28,742 nucleotides of DNA from an uncultured archaeon (lineage in GTDB: Archaea; Asgardarchaeota; Lokiarchaeia; Sigyniarchaeales; SOKP01), in the NCBI GenBank assembly GCA_964447495.1, contig CAYUTF010000037.1, positions 1 to 28,742 of the forward strand, in the 5' to 3' direction. Each line of letters opens with the position of its first letter. Within the stretch, counting starts at the first letter, position 1. Both the position numbers and the translations under genes were made by a program. Shown in pieces: positions 28,326 to 28,742 of the stretch. The notes under the pieces were generated by a model that made no database searches, was not told the DNA's origin, and saw only the letters and a list, made by a program, of their open reading frames with translations.

Positions 28326-28742
28326 CTAAACCAATTTCTTTTTTGTTTCAATTAAAATATCTTTAATTATTTTTGATAAATCATCTTTACTTTTCTTTAT
28401 AGAAAAAAGGGTATAAAGATCCTGAACGTCATCATTTGTGATAACTGGAGGTTTCTCCACTACTTCTTCAATCATATTTTTCCATAGAGATAATTTTAAT
28501 GGTACTTCTTTTAAAAATTCTTTATTAATAAAAAAGGAATTGGCTCCGCAGTTTGGCGAGACTATTACTGGGGTTTTGTTTGCAATACTTTCAATAATAA
28601 CTCTTCCGAAAGCCTCAGTGTAAAACGACGGGACAAAAGTTATTTGTGAATCACGATATAATTTATCTAATTCATTTTTATTAACATGACCAATATTAAT
28701 GATTTTATGTTTCATAGATGCTATTTTATCAGTTTCTATTAT
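28326..28742 (-). CDS. Glycosyltransferase family 4, C-terminal part; 5' end lies outside the window
   Basis: PSFYTEAFGRVIIESIANKTPVI (Ex7E motif). The frame stays open to the window edge, and the stop lies 5 nt before the TagF-like start. Confidence 0.85.
   Translation of the reverse strand: MIETDKIASMKHKIINIGHVNKNELDKLYRDSQITFVPSFYTEAFGRVIIESIANKTPVIVSPNCGANSFFINKEFLKEVPLKLSLWKNMIEEVVEKPPVITNDDVQDLYTLFSIKKSKDDLSKIIKDILIETKKKLV

Noticed and set aside
28438-28623. 61-aa antisense ORF
   Set aside because: Shadow of the partial GT4.
1-28742. CRISPR arrays, tRNA/rRNA, transposases, integrases
   Set aside because: No regular repeat-spacer pattern, GC-rich structured RNA segment or recombinase motif was seen by eye.

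Overview
AT-rich prokaryotic window, probably archaeal and possibly Asgard/Lokiarchaeia-like. That placement is inference from the type-2 IleRS C-terminus, GGTGA/GAGGT Shine-Dalgarno motifs, frequent TTG/GTG starts, a sequon-rich membrane protein and constant strand switching. After the 3' end of ileS comes a ~28 kb surface-glycan locus that runs off the right edge. It holds NDP-sugar SDRs, rpe, a PIG-L deacetylase/GNAT/FabG-like trio, GT4 and GT2 glycosyltransferases, a cobalamin-dependent radical SAM enzyme, four class I methyltransferases, a flippase plus a decayed second flippase, rmlACBD and a 1027-aa GT-C-like membrane protein. The most interesting part is at the right end: two tandem inositol-3-phosphate synthases (one with a remodelled active site) and an inositol-phosphate cytidylyltransferase converge on a TagF/TagB-family CDP-polyol phosphotransferase, with no DIPP synthase in view. 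This suggests an inositol-phosphate-containing, teichoic-acid-like surface polymer or glycan decoration. rmlA appears to start at ATT. No rRNA, tRNA, CRISPR array or mobile element was seen.
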